Origin: Patescibacteria group bacterium
GTDB lineage: Bacteria > Patescibacteriota > Minisyncoccia > Phycocordibacterales > UBA9973
DNA length: 64,000 nt
Assembly: GCA_038063635.1 (NCBI GenBank)
Contig: JBBTUS010000006.1
Coordinates: forward strand, 13,500 to 77,499
Direction of reading: 5' to 3'
Positions within the stretch are counted from its first letter, which is position 1, and each line of letters begins with the position of its first letter. A program made the translations under genes and the position numbers. A model generated the notes under the pieces. It saw nothing but the letters and a program-made list of their open reading frames with translations. It was not told where the DNA came from and ran no database searches. Shown here piece after piece: positions 1 to 7,810 of this stretch.

Positions 1-440
1 ATTTAATGAAAAGAATTGTTGAATTGCGAAATAAAATAAATCCAGAAACTTTACTCATCGGTAACGGAGATGTCGTAGACATTGACGACGGAAGGAGGAA
101 ATGTGAAGAATATGGTTGCGATGGAGTAATGATAGGCCGTGGAGTTTTTGGTAATCCTTGGTTTTTTCTAGAAAAAGAAAGTGCTGATATTTCAGTTGAA
201 GAAAAATTGAAAGTTCTTATAGAGCACACACAAATTTTCGAGAAAGAACTTTCAGGACCTAAACATAAAAGTTTTGCAGTTATGAAAAAACATTTCAAAG
301 CTTATGTAAATGGTTTTGCTGGCGCTAAAGAACTCCGTACAAAATTAATGAAAACAGAAAACAGCAGGGAAGTGCAGAAAATAATTAATGATTTTTTACC
401 CGCCTTCATTAAAATTTCGGCGAGGCAAGAAAAAATTTGA
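1..440 (+). CDS. tRNA-dihydrouridine synthase (Dus family), 5'-truncated by window edge
   Basis: IGNGDV...GCDGVMIGRG..GNPW and 'MKKHFKAYVNGF.GAKELR' match the Dus C-terminal half. Confidence 0.9.
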   Translation, partial: LMKRIVELRNKINPETLLIGNGDVVDIDDGRRKCEEYGCDGVMIGRGVFGNPWFFLEKESADISVEEKLKVLIEHTQIFEKELSGPKHKSFAVMKKHFKAYVNGFAGAKELRTKLMKTENSREVQKIINDFLPAFIKISARQEKI

Positions 441-458
441 CCTGTCCCGTAGTAAATT

Positions 459-487
459 TTGATAAAAATTTTACTATGGGGTAAAAT
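459..487 (+). promoter_or_regulatory. sigma70-type promoter of dnaX (probably leaderless transcript)
   Basis: TTGATA (459-464), 17 nt, TAAAAT (482-487), then 6 nt to ATG 494. Confidence 0.6.
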
Positions 488-493
488 AAGCAA

Positions 494-1543
494 ATGCACG
501 ACTTAGCTTTATATCGCAAATATAGGCCAAAAACTTTCAATGAAGTTCTAGGACAAAACCATATTGTGGATGTGCTTGCAAGTTCCATAGATACAAATAA
601 GATTTCTCACGCTTATCTTTTTGTCGGTTCTAGAGGTACTGGAAAAACGTCGGTGGCTAGGATTTTTGCTGAACAAATGGGTGTAAAGGAAAACGACCTA
701 TATGAGATAGATGCGGCTTCAAATCGCAGTATAGACGATATTAGAGCCCTTCGTGACGGGGTAAGAGTCCTGCCATTTGATTCAAAATATAAAATATACA
801 TTATTGACGAGGTGCATATGCTTACAAAAGAAGCTTGGGGCGCATTGCTTAAAACTCTGGAAGAACCGCCAAGGCATGTTATTTTTATTTTAGCTACGAC
901 AGAATTACATAAAGTTCCGGAAACAATAATTTCCAGATGTCAGGTTTTCACTTTTAAAAAAGCGACTGATTCAATTTTGAAAAATATGATTTTGGAAGTT
1001 ACAAAAAAAGAAGGATTTGAATTAGACAATAGTTCGGCTGAACTTTTGGCAATATTGGGCGATGGCTCATATAGAGACGCGCTAGGCACTCTGCAAAAAG
1101 TTTTAAATTTTAGCAAAAGTAAAAAAATTAAAAAAGAGGATGTTGAAAAAATAACTGGCGCGCCTAAAACAACACTCGTCAATAATTTTATTTCCGCAAT
1201 CGCGGAGAAAAAACTGGAAGACGGAATAATGACAATACGAAAAGCATCGCAAGAAAATTTAGATATGAAATTGTATCTGAAACTGATTATTCAAAAATTC
1301 CGAGTAGCGATAATATTAAAATACGCTCCAAAATTGGAAGATGAAATGGCCAAAGACCTTTCTCCGGAAGATTTAACCTTTTTAAAGAAAACTGTAAAAG
1401 AAGACAAAGAGGGAATATTGCGTTCACCTGCGCTGTCTGTATTGCTTGAGGCATATCAGAATATTGACCGAGCATTTATTACCGAACTTCCGCTAGAACT
1501 TGCTTTGGTGGAGATAATAAGTAAAGATAAGAAAGTTGTTTAA
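494..1543 (+). CDS. dnaX: DNA polymerase III subunit gamma/tau (short form)
   Basis: LYRKYRP, Walker A GSRGTGKTS, IIDEVHML, LLKTLEEPP, TIISRC. Confidence 0.96.
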   Translation: MHDLALYRKYRPKTFNEVLGQNHIVDVLASSIDTNKISHAYLFVGSRGTGKTSVARIFAEQMGVKENDLYEIDAASNRSIDDIRALRDGVRVLPFDSKYKIYIIDEVHMLTKEAWGALLKTLEEPPRHVIFILATTELHKVPETIISRCQVFTFKKATDSILKNMILEVTKKEGFELDNSSAELLAILGDGSYRDALGTLQKVLNFSKSKKIKKEDVEKITGAPKTTLVNNFISAIAEKKLEDGIMTIRKASQENLDMKLYLKLIIQKFRVAIILKYAPKLEDEMAKDLSPEDLTFLKKTVKEDKEGILRSPALSVLLEAYQNIDRAFITELPLELALVEIISKDKKVV

Positions 1544-1557
1544 CAAAGACAATATAT

Positions 1558-1628
1558 TGGGGGGTCGTCTAACGGTAGGACAACAGATTTTGGATCTGTT
1601 TATCTAGGTCCGATTCCTAGTCCCCCAG
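1558..1628 (+). tRNA. tRNA-Gln (anticodon TTG)
   Basis: Cloverleaf: acceptor TGGGGGG/TCCCCCA, anticodon arm ACAGA-TTTTGGA-TCTGT, T arm CTAGG-TCCGATT-CCTAG; CCA not fully encoded. Confidence 0.93.
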
Positions 1629-1748
1629 CCTTGATAAAACTTAGGTCATTTTCACAAAAATTAACGCGCGCTTTTTGCCACAATAACCGCAAAGGTAACC
1701 GCTAAAAAAGTTATTTTCTTTATAAATAATTACCGGACTTTTATGCTT

Positions 1749-2573
1749 TTAATAAAGCTTATTTACTCCAATAACATCGCCGGCGTTCAGGTCGCGTTTT
1801 TTCGTCTCGCCGTTCGCGGCATAGCCGTACATAGTTTCGTTAGAGCAGTTTGAGTTGTAGAGATCGCCCATACCTACCGAATGGCCGAGTTCATGCGTGG
1901 CGATATTTTCAAAATCCATTTTCCCCGGTTCACCCGCCATTGACCAATCATAGGTTGCGTCGTCGTAGACCTGATCCCATTCAACCAACTGGCGGTTGGC
2001 AGGTCGGCCACCAAAAATGCCCCAGACGATGGTTACCGCAATGGTGTTTGGGTCAGAGAGGTCAGCGAAATATACCTCATTTTGATTGTCAAGCGAAACG
2101 GTGTCGGCTACCAAAGTATCGGCAGTTTCGGCACCATTGCCTAAAATATTAAAAGCCGCGGCAGTTTCCCACTTGGCGATTCCCGCGGTTAGCGTGTCAA
2201 AAACAAAATTTGAACCAAGGCTTCTGGTATTGGCGGGATTCACTATCCATGATTCAGGAGTACCTTTCCATTTGGCGTCTGTTGCCAAAAAGCCGTAACA
2301 GGCAGTCGCACCCGTTTTGGCTTCGCTTGATTTTGCGGCTCCGTCCTTGCGGTGGATAATAGCATAACCCTCAACCTGCTTACCGCTTTTTTGATCAAAA
2401 GCCGTGCCCAAGCTATAAAGGTTGTCGGCCACTTGTACCGCGCTCGCCGGTAATTGAAACTTTGCTTTTTGGCTTTTTGCCAGAGCTATCTGCGGCTGGT
2501 ATGCCAGCAAAGCCCCGTCTGTTCCGATTAAAACCGCCACGGCGACCAAAACAACTAAAAGTTTATTTGTCAT
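1749..2573 (-). CDS. Secreted metzincin (matrixin/M10-like) zinc metalloprotease
   Basis: N-terminal signal peptide; HELGHSVGMGD zinc motif; Met-turn 'ETMYG'; visibly higher GC than flanks. Confidence 0.82.
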   Translation of the reverse strand: MTNKLLVVLVAVAVLIGTDGALLAYQPQIALAKSQKAKFQLPASAVQVADNLYSLGTAFDQKSGKQVEGYAIIHRKDGAAKSSEAKTGATACYGFLATDAKWKGTPESWIVNPANTRSLGSNFVFDTLTAGIAKWETAAAFNILGNGAETADTLVADTVSLDNQNEVYFADLSDPNTIAVTIVWGIFGGRPANRQLVEWDQVYDDATYDWSMAGEPGKMDFENIATHELGHSVGMGDLYNSNCSNETMYGYAANGETKKRDLNAGDVIGVNKLY

Positions 2574-2880
2574 ATTGATTTTTAATTAAGTATAATTTTT
2601 CGACCTTTGTACATCTAATACCAGTATAGCATTTTCTCAACACCCGCAAATAAAGTGCCGGGTGGTTGGGTGGGGTAAATAAGGCGACCGCAGAAGAAAA
2701 CGACGCAGGCCGAATTGAAAATCGCATAGCGGTTTTTTTTAATGAGAAAGCCGTTGCGGAGAAATTTTTGCATAATAAAATTATGGCAGAGGAATATCTA
2801 GACATCTTAAACGAGAGAGGAATATAGGCGTTTATTAGATTATATAAAATAACTTTATTTCTACGACAACTTACAATATA

Positions 2881-2910
2881 AAAAAGCCTTGATATAAATC
2901 AAGGCTTTTT
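2881..2910. terminator. Intrinsic (bidirectional) terminator
   Basis: AAAAAGCCTTGAT-ATAA-ATCAAGGCTTTTT perfect inverted repeat just past the stop of 2929..3573. Confidence 0.8.
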
Positions 2911-2928
2911 GTTTTAGAAACTAGATTA

Positions 2929-3573
2929 TTAGCGAGATAACTGCCATCCACCGCTGGGTGTAAAAAAGACAGGACCACCTCCATAACCATTTGGAGCGTT
3001 TTTGATCATTGGATGTGAATAACCATAAGGAATAGATTTTCTTTCCATTGCTTCTTTGTCCATATTTCCACCAAGACAAAACGCTGGTTTTAAAGATGGT
3101 AGAAGAGTTGGCTTATTGTAAACCTCTGAATAAGATGGAATATTTACAGCTAGATTTTTTTTTGGAAGAGAGGATATAAAGTTATTCATTTTATTCCATT
3201 CAGATAACGTTTTCATGGTTTCTTGTAGTTCTTCTTTTTTTCTCTGTTCCTCTCTTTCTTCTATATCTCCTTGAAGCTTTTTAAAAAATTTTACACAATC
3301 AAGAGAATTAAAACCATATTTGTGAGATATAGAAGTATCTTCTGGAATATGCTTTCCAGTCCATCTTCCAGGATTGAATCCTGTAATTCCATCTTGTTTA
3401 AAAATTCCTCTTACCGCATCACGTTCATCTTGGTGGATGATGTCGTGTACAATTTTAGGAATAAGTTCTGTTGGTCCAGCTAATCTGCCAGGATGGTGGT
3501 CTTCTTCCTCATCCATACAATTTTCCATACCTGCAACATGATTCTTGCAGTGTATTGCCCAAAAATTTTTCAT
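2929..3573 (-). CDS. Hypothetical protein
   Basis: 214-aa ORF followed by a terminator; no recognised motif. Confidence 0.65.
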   Translation of the reverse strand: MKNFWAIHCKNHVAGMENCMDEEEDHHPGRLAGPTELIPKIVHDIIHQDERDAVRGIFKQDGITGFNPGRWTGKHIPEDTSISHKYGFNSLDCVKFFKKLQGDIEEREEQRKKEELQETMKTLSEWNKMNNFISSLPKKNLAVNIPSYSEVYNKPTLLPSLKPAFCLGGNMDKEAMERKSIPYGYSHPMIKNAPNGYGGGPVFFTPSGGWQLSR

Positions 3574-3825
3574 AATAATTTATTTTTTAAGTTTTCAAAT
3601 TACATATTTTGTATTCATTTTACCATATACTTAAGTTTTGTAAATAGGCGATAAATAGTAACTATTTCTACTGTAATAAAACCATAAATCCGGTAGTAGA
3701 ATTTCAAATTATTGATTAGTTCTTTCCCGTATTTATTTTTTAATGTAGTTTATGGATTATTAATAATAAAGTTTTAAGTTGTTTTTATGAATCAATAAAG
3801 GACAATTTGAAATTTCACTAACCGG

Positions 3826-3972
3826 ATGAATAAACAAAAAATTGTTTTTATAATACTTCGTTTGGTTATGGGTTTTATGTTTCTTTGGGCGTTTTTTGAT
3901 AAACTTTTTGGCTTGGGATTTGCGACAACCCCTAATCCTCTAACCCCTAACCCCCAATCCTCTAATCTCTAA
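3826..3972 (+). pseudogene. Truncated duplicate of the DoxX-family gene (first ~35 codons), running into repeat R
   Basis: Translates MNKQKIVFIILRLVMGFMFLWAFFDKLFGLGFATT-PNPLTPNPQSSNL*; first 35 aa differ at two positions from 4970..5422. Confidence 0.85.
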
Positions 3973-3993
3973 TTCGCGCGAATAGGCGAATAG
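3949..3993 (+). repeat. 45-bp direct repeat R, copy 1
   Basis: AACCCCCAATCCTCTAATCTCTAATTCGCGCGAATAGGCGAATAG, identical to 5435..5479. Confidence 0.92.
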
Positions 3994-4039
3994 ATAAAAT
4001 AAGAAAAATTAAGTAAAAAAATTCAACGACAGTACATAT

Positions 4040-4117
4040 TTGATTTTAATATATAAATATGTTATAATATATAATGTGTAATACATATTTGATTGGTTTT
4101 GTTATACTTAATATAAT
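4040..4117 (+). promoter_or_regulatory. Two tandem sigma70 promoters upstream of the Fic module
   Basis: TTGATT(4040-4045)-17-TATAAT(4063-4068) and TTGATT(4089-4094)-17-TATAAT(4112-4117); both -35 boxes lie in the direct repeat TACATATTTGATT. Confidence 0.7.
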
Positions 4118-4123
4118 AATAAA

Positions 4124-4336
4124 ATGTTAAAAAATCTTATAAAAAGAGACAAAAATATGTCTAGATTGGTTGATCTTCAATTAGAAGCAAGTAGGTTGCC
4201 GGATCTTTCTCATATCGAAAAAACTAAATTTGACCATCTTCTGGCTATTGATCAACTTTACTACTCAAGTAAATTAGAAGGATCTCACTTAACAAAAAGT
4301 GGGCTTGAGCAGGCTATACATGGGAAAAATATTTAG
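4124..4336 (+). CDS. Putative Fic antitoxin (class I inhibitory alpha-helix protein)
   Basis: 70 aa with YSSKLEG matching the (S/T)xxxE(G/N) inhibitory motif; overlaps the start of the Fic gene. Confidence 0.75.
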   Translation: MLKNLIKRDKNMSRLVDLQLEASRLPDLSHIEKTKFDHLLAIDQLYYSSKLEGSHLTKSGLEQAIHGKNI

Positions 4337-4967
4337 TAGACCTAGGAACGAAAAAGAGCTGCAGGAGCGCGAAGCTGCTGGACTTTGGAGAGCACAAGCA
4401 CTTGCAAAAAGTATTGGAGAAAGTAAAGAAAAAATAACTCTTTCAGTCATTTTGCGTATACATAAAATTTTTCTAGAAGATGCTAATCCAGAAATTGCTG
4501 GAAAGTTTAGAGTAATAGGTCAAGATATTAAAAAACTTACCTGTATGATACCTCCACCCGGTTTTGTAGTGCAAGAGGAAATGTATAAATTTTGGAGAGA
4601 ACTCGATTCTCGTCTTTCAAAAGTTCCTCCTATGCTAAAAGGAAAGAAAATATCTAAAACGTCCTTAAGAAAAAGAAATGAGAAAGTTATTAATCTCGCT
4701 GCATGGACACAATATCAGATTACTCGTATTCATCCTTTCTGTGAAGGTAACGGTCGCATGGCAAGATTGATGACAAATTTTATTTTATGGCGTTATAAAT
4801 TTTTACCTACAGATATTAAATACGAAGGCGAAAACAAGCAAAAATATTTAAAATCTCTTTGTGAAATAGATTATACTGGTGATTATAGAATGTTAGTTCA
4901 GCTTATTATAAAAGGTATGACAGCATCTTATAAAAGACTTATTAAAAAGCAAAAGGGGAAATTTTAA
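4320..4967 (+). CDS. Fic-domain protein (putative AMP transferase toxin)
   Basis: Canonical Fic motif HPFCEGNGRMAR; ATG at 4320 preferred over GTG 4299. Confidence 0.92.
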   Translation: MGKIFSRPRNEKELQEREAAGLWRAQALAKSIGESKEKITLSVILRIHKIFLEDANPEIAGKFRVIGQDIKKLTCMIPPPGFVVQEEMYKFWRELDSRLSKVPPMLKGKKISKTSLRKRNEKVINLAAWTQYQITRIHPFCEGNGRMARLMTNFILWRYKFLPTDIKYEGENKQKYLKSLCEIDYTGDYRMLVQLIIKGMTASYKRLIKKQKGKF

Positions 4968-4969
4968 CC

Positions 4970-5422
4970 ATGCACAAACAAAAAATAGTTTTTATAATAC
5001 TTCGTTTGGTTATGGGCTTTATGTTTCTTTGGGCATTTTTTGATAAAGTTTTTGGCTTAGGATTTGCGACAACTGCAGACAAAGCATGGATTAACGGGGT
5101 ATCGCCAACAGCTGGTTTTCTTTCTTTCGCGACAGAAGGTCCTTTCGTTAATATATTTCACGCCCTCGCCGGTGTTGCTGTTGTTGATTGGCTATTTATG
5201 CTCGGACTTTTGTTTGCAGGACTAACTCTTGTATTTAATAAATTTATAAAATGGGGATGTATTGCCGGATGTTTAATGCTATTTTTTATGTATTTGTCTT
5301 TGCTCTGGCCGGAAAATAATCCAATTATTGATGAACATATCGTTTATATTTTAGTACTTATACTAATCGCTTTTAATAATAAAAATAACATCGAACAAAA
5401 ACCCACCACCCTTAATCTTTAA
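4970..5422 (+). CDS. DoxX/DoxD-family membrane protein
   Basis: LRLVMGFMFLWAFFDK..G, four hydrophobic segments, C-terminal NPIIDEHIVY. Confidence 0.8.
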   Translation: MHKQKIVFIILRLVMGFMFLWAFFDKVFGLGFATTADKAWINGVSPTAGFLSFATEGPFVNIFHALAGVAVVDWLFMLGLLFAGLTLVFNKFIKWGCIAGCLMLFFMYLSLLWPENNPIIDEHIVYILVLILIAFNNKNNIEQKPTTLNL

Positions 5423-5434
5423 TCTTTAATCCCC

Positions 5435-5479
5435 AACCCCCAATCCTCTAATCTCTAATTCGCGCGAATAGGCGAATAG
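5435..5479 (+). repeat. 45-bp direct repeat R, copy 2
   Basis: Identical to 3949..3993. Confidence 0.92.
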
Positions 5480-5508
5480 TTATTATCTAAAGTTTAATAT
5501 AATAAAAA

Positions 5509-6237
5509 ATGAAACTCAAAATTTTATCTTGGAATATATGGGCTGGAACTTATTTAGATGGGGTAATAGAATTTTTAAAAAACATTGATGCTGATATTAT
5601 TGCTCTTCAAGAGGTAGTAGAGGATGACAGAAGAAATATAATAGAAATTATTGCAAAAAAATTAGGGTATGAATACGCTCATGCAGTTGATATGAACATG
5701 CCATTAAAATTTCTTCCTGGACAAAAAAGTGACGATAAAAGAACTATAAAATATGGTAATGCAATTTTAAGTAAATATAAAATTACAAATAGCAATATAT
5801 ATGAGTTAAGTAAAGTAAAAGAATTTAGACGATTGATAATAGAAGTTGATATTAAAATTGAAGATAAAACTCTTCATGTTTTTAGCGTTCATTTGAAGCA
5901 TAATCATCAAAAACCATCGGAAATACAAGACTTGGAAGCTGAAAATTTACTAAAACTTTTATCTGAAAAAAATACAATTGTGATGGGAGATTTTAATGCC
6001 TTGCCTGAAGACACTACAATCAAAAAAATGAGTAAGACATTAATAAACACTGAAAAAAATTCAGCTACCCCAACATGGTCAGTTTATAAAGAAGGATGTA
6101 CTGGTTGTCTTGTTGAAGATATTAAATATAAATTAGATTATATATTCACAAGTAAAGATATAAAATCAGATTTTTTTAAGGTTTATGAATCAAAAAGCTC
6201 TGACCATTTGCCCATTTCAGCTGAAATAGAAATATGA
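5509..6237 (+). CDS. Endonuclease/exonuclease/phosphatase family protein
   Basis: SWNI, DIIALQEV, GNAILSK, MGDFN, LDYIF, SDHLP motifs. Confidence 0.92.
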   Translation: MKLKILSWNIWAGTYLDGVIEFLKNIDADIIALQEVVEDDRRNIIEIIAKKLGYEYAHAVDMNMPLKFLPGQKSDDKRTIKYGNAILSKYKITNSNIYELSKVKEFRRLIIEVDIKIEDKTLHVFSVHLKHNHQKPSEIQDLEAENLLKLLSEKNTIVMGDFNALPEDTTIKKMSKTLINTEKNSATPTWSVYKEGCTGCLVEDIKYKLDYIFTSKDIKSDFFKVYESKSSDHLPISAEIEI

Positions 6238-6262
6238 GTAATAATTTTGCTATAATAAACTT

Positions 6263-6838
6263 ATGGAAAACAAATTAAATTGCATTATTATTCATGGATG
6301 TCCTTCAAGCAAAGAATCAACAATGAATCCGGAAACAAGGACATATGATAAGCATTGGATTCCTTGGATTAAAAAAGAATTATTGCTGAAGGGGATTAAA
6401 ACTGAAACTCCATCAATGCCAAATCCGTGGGAGCCGAATTATGAAGCTTTTAAGAAAGAATTTGGAAAATATCAAGTTTCCGAAAATACCATTTTAATAG
6501 GACATAGTTGCGGATGCGCTTTTTTGGTTCGTTGGCTAGGCGAATTAAAGCAAAAAATTAAAAAGTTGATTTTAGTCGCGCCTTGGAAAATTCCAAGTGA
6601 AAATGATATTTCTAGAGAAAATTTTTATATGTTTCCAATAGATGAAACTATTAATTCTCGCGTAGAAGGGATTGTTATATTTACATCAGATAACGAAAGG
6701 GAAGATGGAAAGAAAAGTGTAGAAATTTACAAAAAAAGCCTTAATAGTAAAATTATAGAACTAAAAGGAAAAGGGCACTATAAATACAGTGATATGGGAA
6801 CTGAAGAATTTCCAGAATTACTAGAGGAGATTAAATAA
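6263..6838 (+). CDS. RBBP9/YdeN-family alpha/beta hydrolase
   Basis: IIHG, W.PW, GHSCG nucleophile elbow, LVAP, SDN, GH. Confidence 0.85.
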   Translation: MENKLNCIIIHGCPSSKESTMNPETRTYDKHWIPWIKKELLLKGIKTETPSMPNPWEPNYEAFKKEFGKYQVSENTILIGHSCGCAFLVRWLGELKQKIKKLILVAPWKIPSENDISRENFYMFPIDETINSRVEGIVIFTSDNEREDGKKSVEIYKKSLNSKIIELKGKGHYKYSDMGTEEFPELLEEIK

Positions 6839-6886
6839 TTTTAGCCTCGCCCGGCTCGCTCGTAGGTCTATGGCCGAGGGAAAAAT

Positions 6887-7756
6887 TTATCTATGAAATG
6901 GCAATTCAATAAAGAAAGTAGTTCCTTTATTTCTGCCTTTTGACTTGGCATATATCTTGCCATGATGTCGAGCAATAATTTGCCTTGAAAGGTTAAGCCT
7001 TATGCCCATACCGTCCGGATGAGATAATACGGCGTTTTTAGCTCGGAAAAATCGTGAAAAGATTCTTATTTTATCATGAAAGCTCAATCCCGGACCATCG
7101 TCTCTAACGCTCAAAATTAGTTTATTCTTATTAAAAATACAATCAATAAAAATTTGACCATTGGCTGGCGTGTAAATAATCGCATTTTCAATAATAGAAT
7201 CTACAACAAAAGAAATTTTTTTTAAATCAGCCGTGAGCATGGGAATATCCTTAAAAGTTGGAACTTGAAATGTCAAACTTTTTTTATTTATTTCCTCCCG
7301 ATATTTTACAATTGATTTTTCAACAATATCGCGCAGGGAAGTGGCTTGAAAAATATAGCCTGTTTTATCGTCTATATTTTTTATTCCTGCAATCAAATCC
7401 ACTATTTCAATCAATCTGCTCGTGGCGTTATTTAAACTTTGTAAATAGGTAAGTCTTTCGTTCTGAGATAAGTCTTTTTCCAATTCTTTTGAAATCCAAT
7501 TTATTCTGGTTAATGGAGTACGAAATGTATGATTTACTATTGTGGTAAATTCATGTTCAATTTGATTTTTATTTGAGTATAATTCTATATAGCTATATCC
7601 TATATATAAAATAATTATAAATACAATAAGAGGAATAAACCAAACGGGCAAATTAAATAACGCGGTAAGATACTCGTGCCGTAACGCAAGATAAAATATT
7701 ACAAATAAAAACAGTATAATGAAAAAGATTTTTACTAATTGCCGGAAGTTTTTCAT
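6887..7756 (-). CDS. Membrane-anchored sensor histidine kinase
   Basis: Two TM helices, H-box NHTFRTPL, N-box ENAIIY, DDGPG, F-box, GKGTTF. Confidence 0.88.
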   Translation of the reverse strand: MKNFRQLVKIFFIILFLFVIFYLALRHEYLTALFNLPVWFIPLIVFIIILYIGYSYIELYSNKNQIEHEFTTIVNHTFRTPLTRINWISKELEKDLSQNERLTYLQSLNNATSRLIEIVDLIAGIKNIDDKTGYIFQATSLRDIVEKSIVKYREEINKKSLTFQVPTFKDIPMLTADLKKISFVVDSIIENAIIYTPANGQIFIDCIFNKNKLILSVRDDGPGLSFHDKIRIFSRFFRAKNAVLSHPDGMGIRLNLSRQIIARHHGKIYAKSKGRNKGTTFFIELPFHR

Positions 7757-7810
7757 ATCTATATTATAACTCATTATTATTTTAACTCAAAATTATGTTA
7801 TAATATCAAT

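Noticed and set aside
1629-5500. Prophage or integrase-driven island at tRNA-Gln
   Set aside because: No integrase, no phage genes, and no duplicated tRNA 3' end was found.
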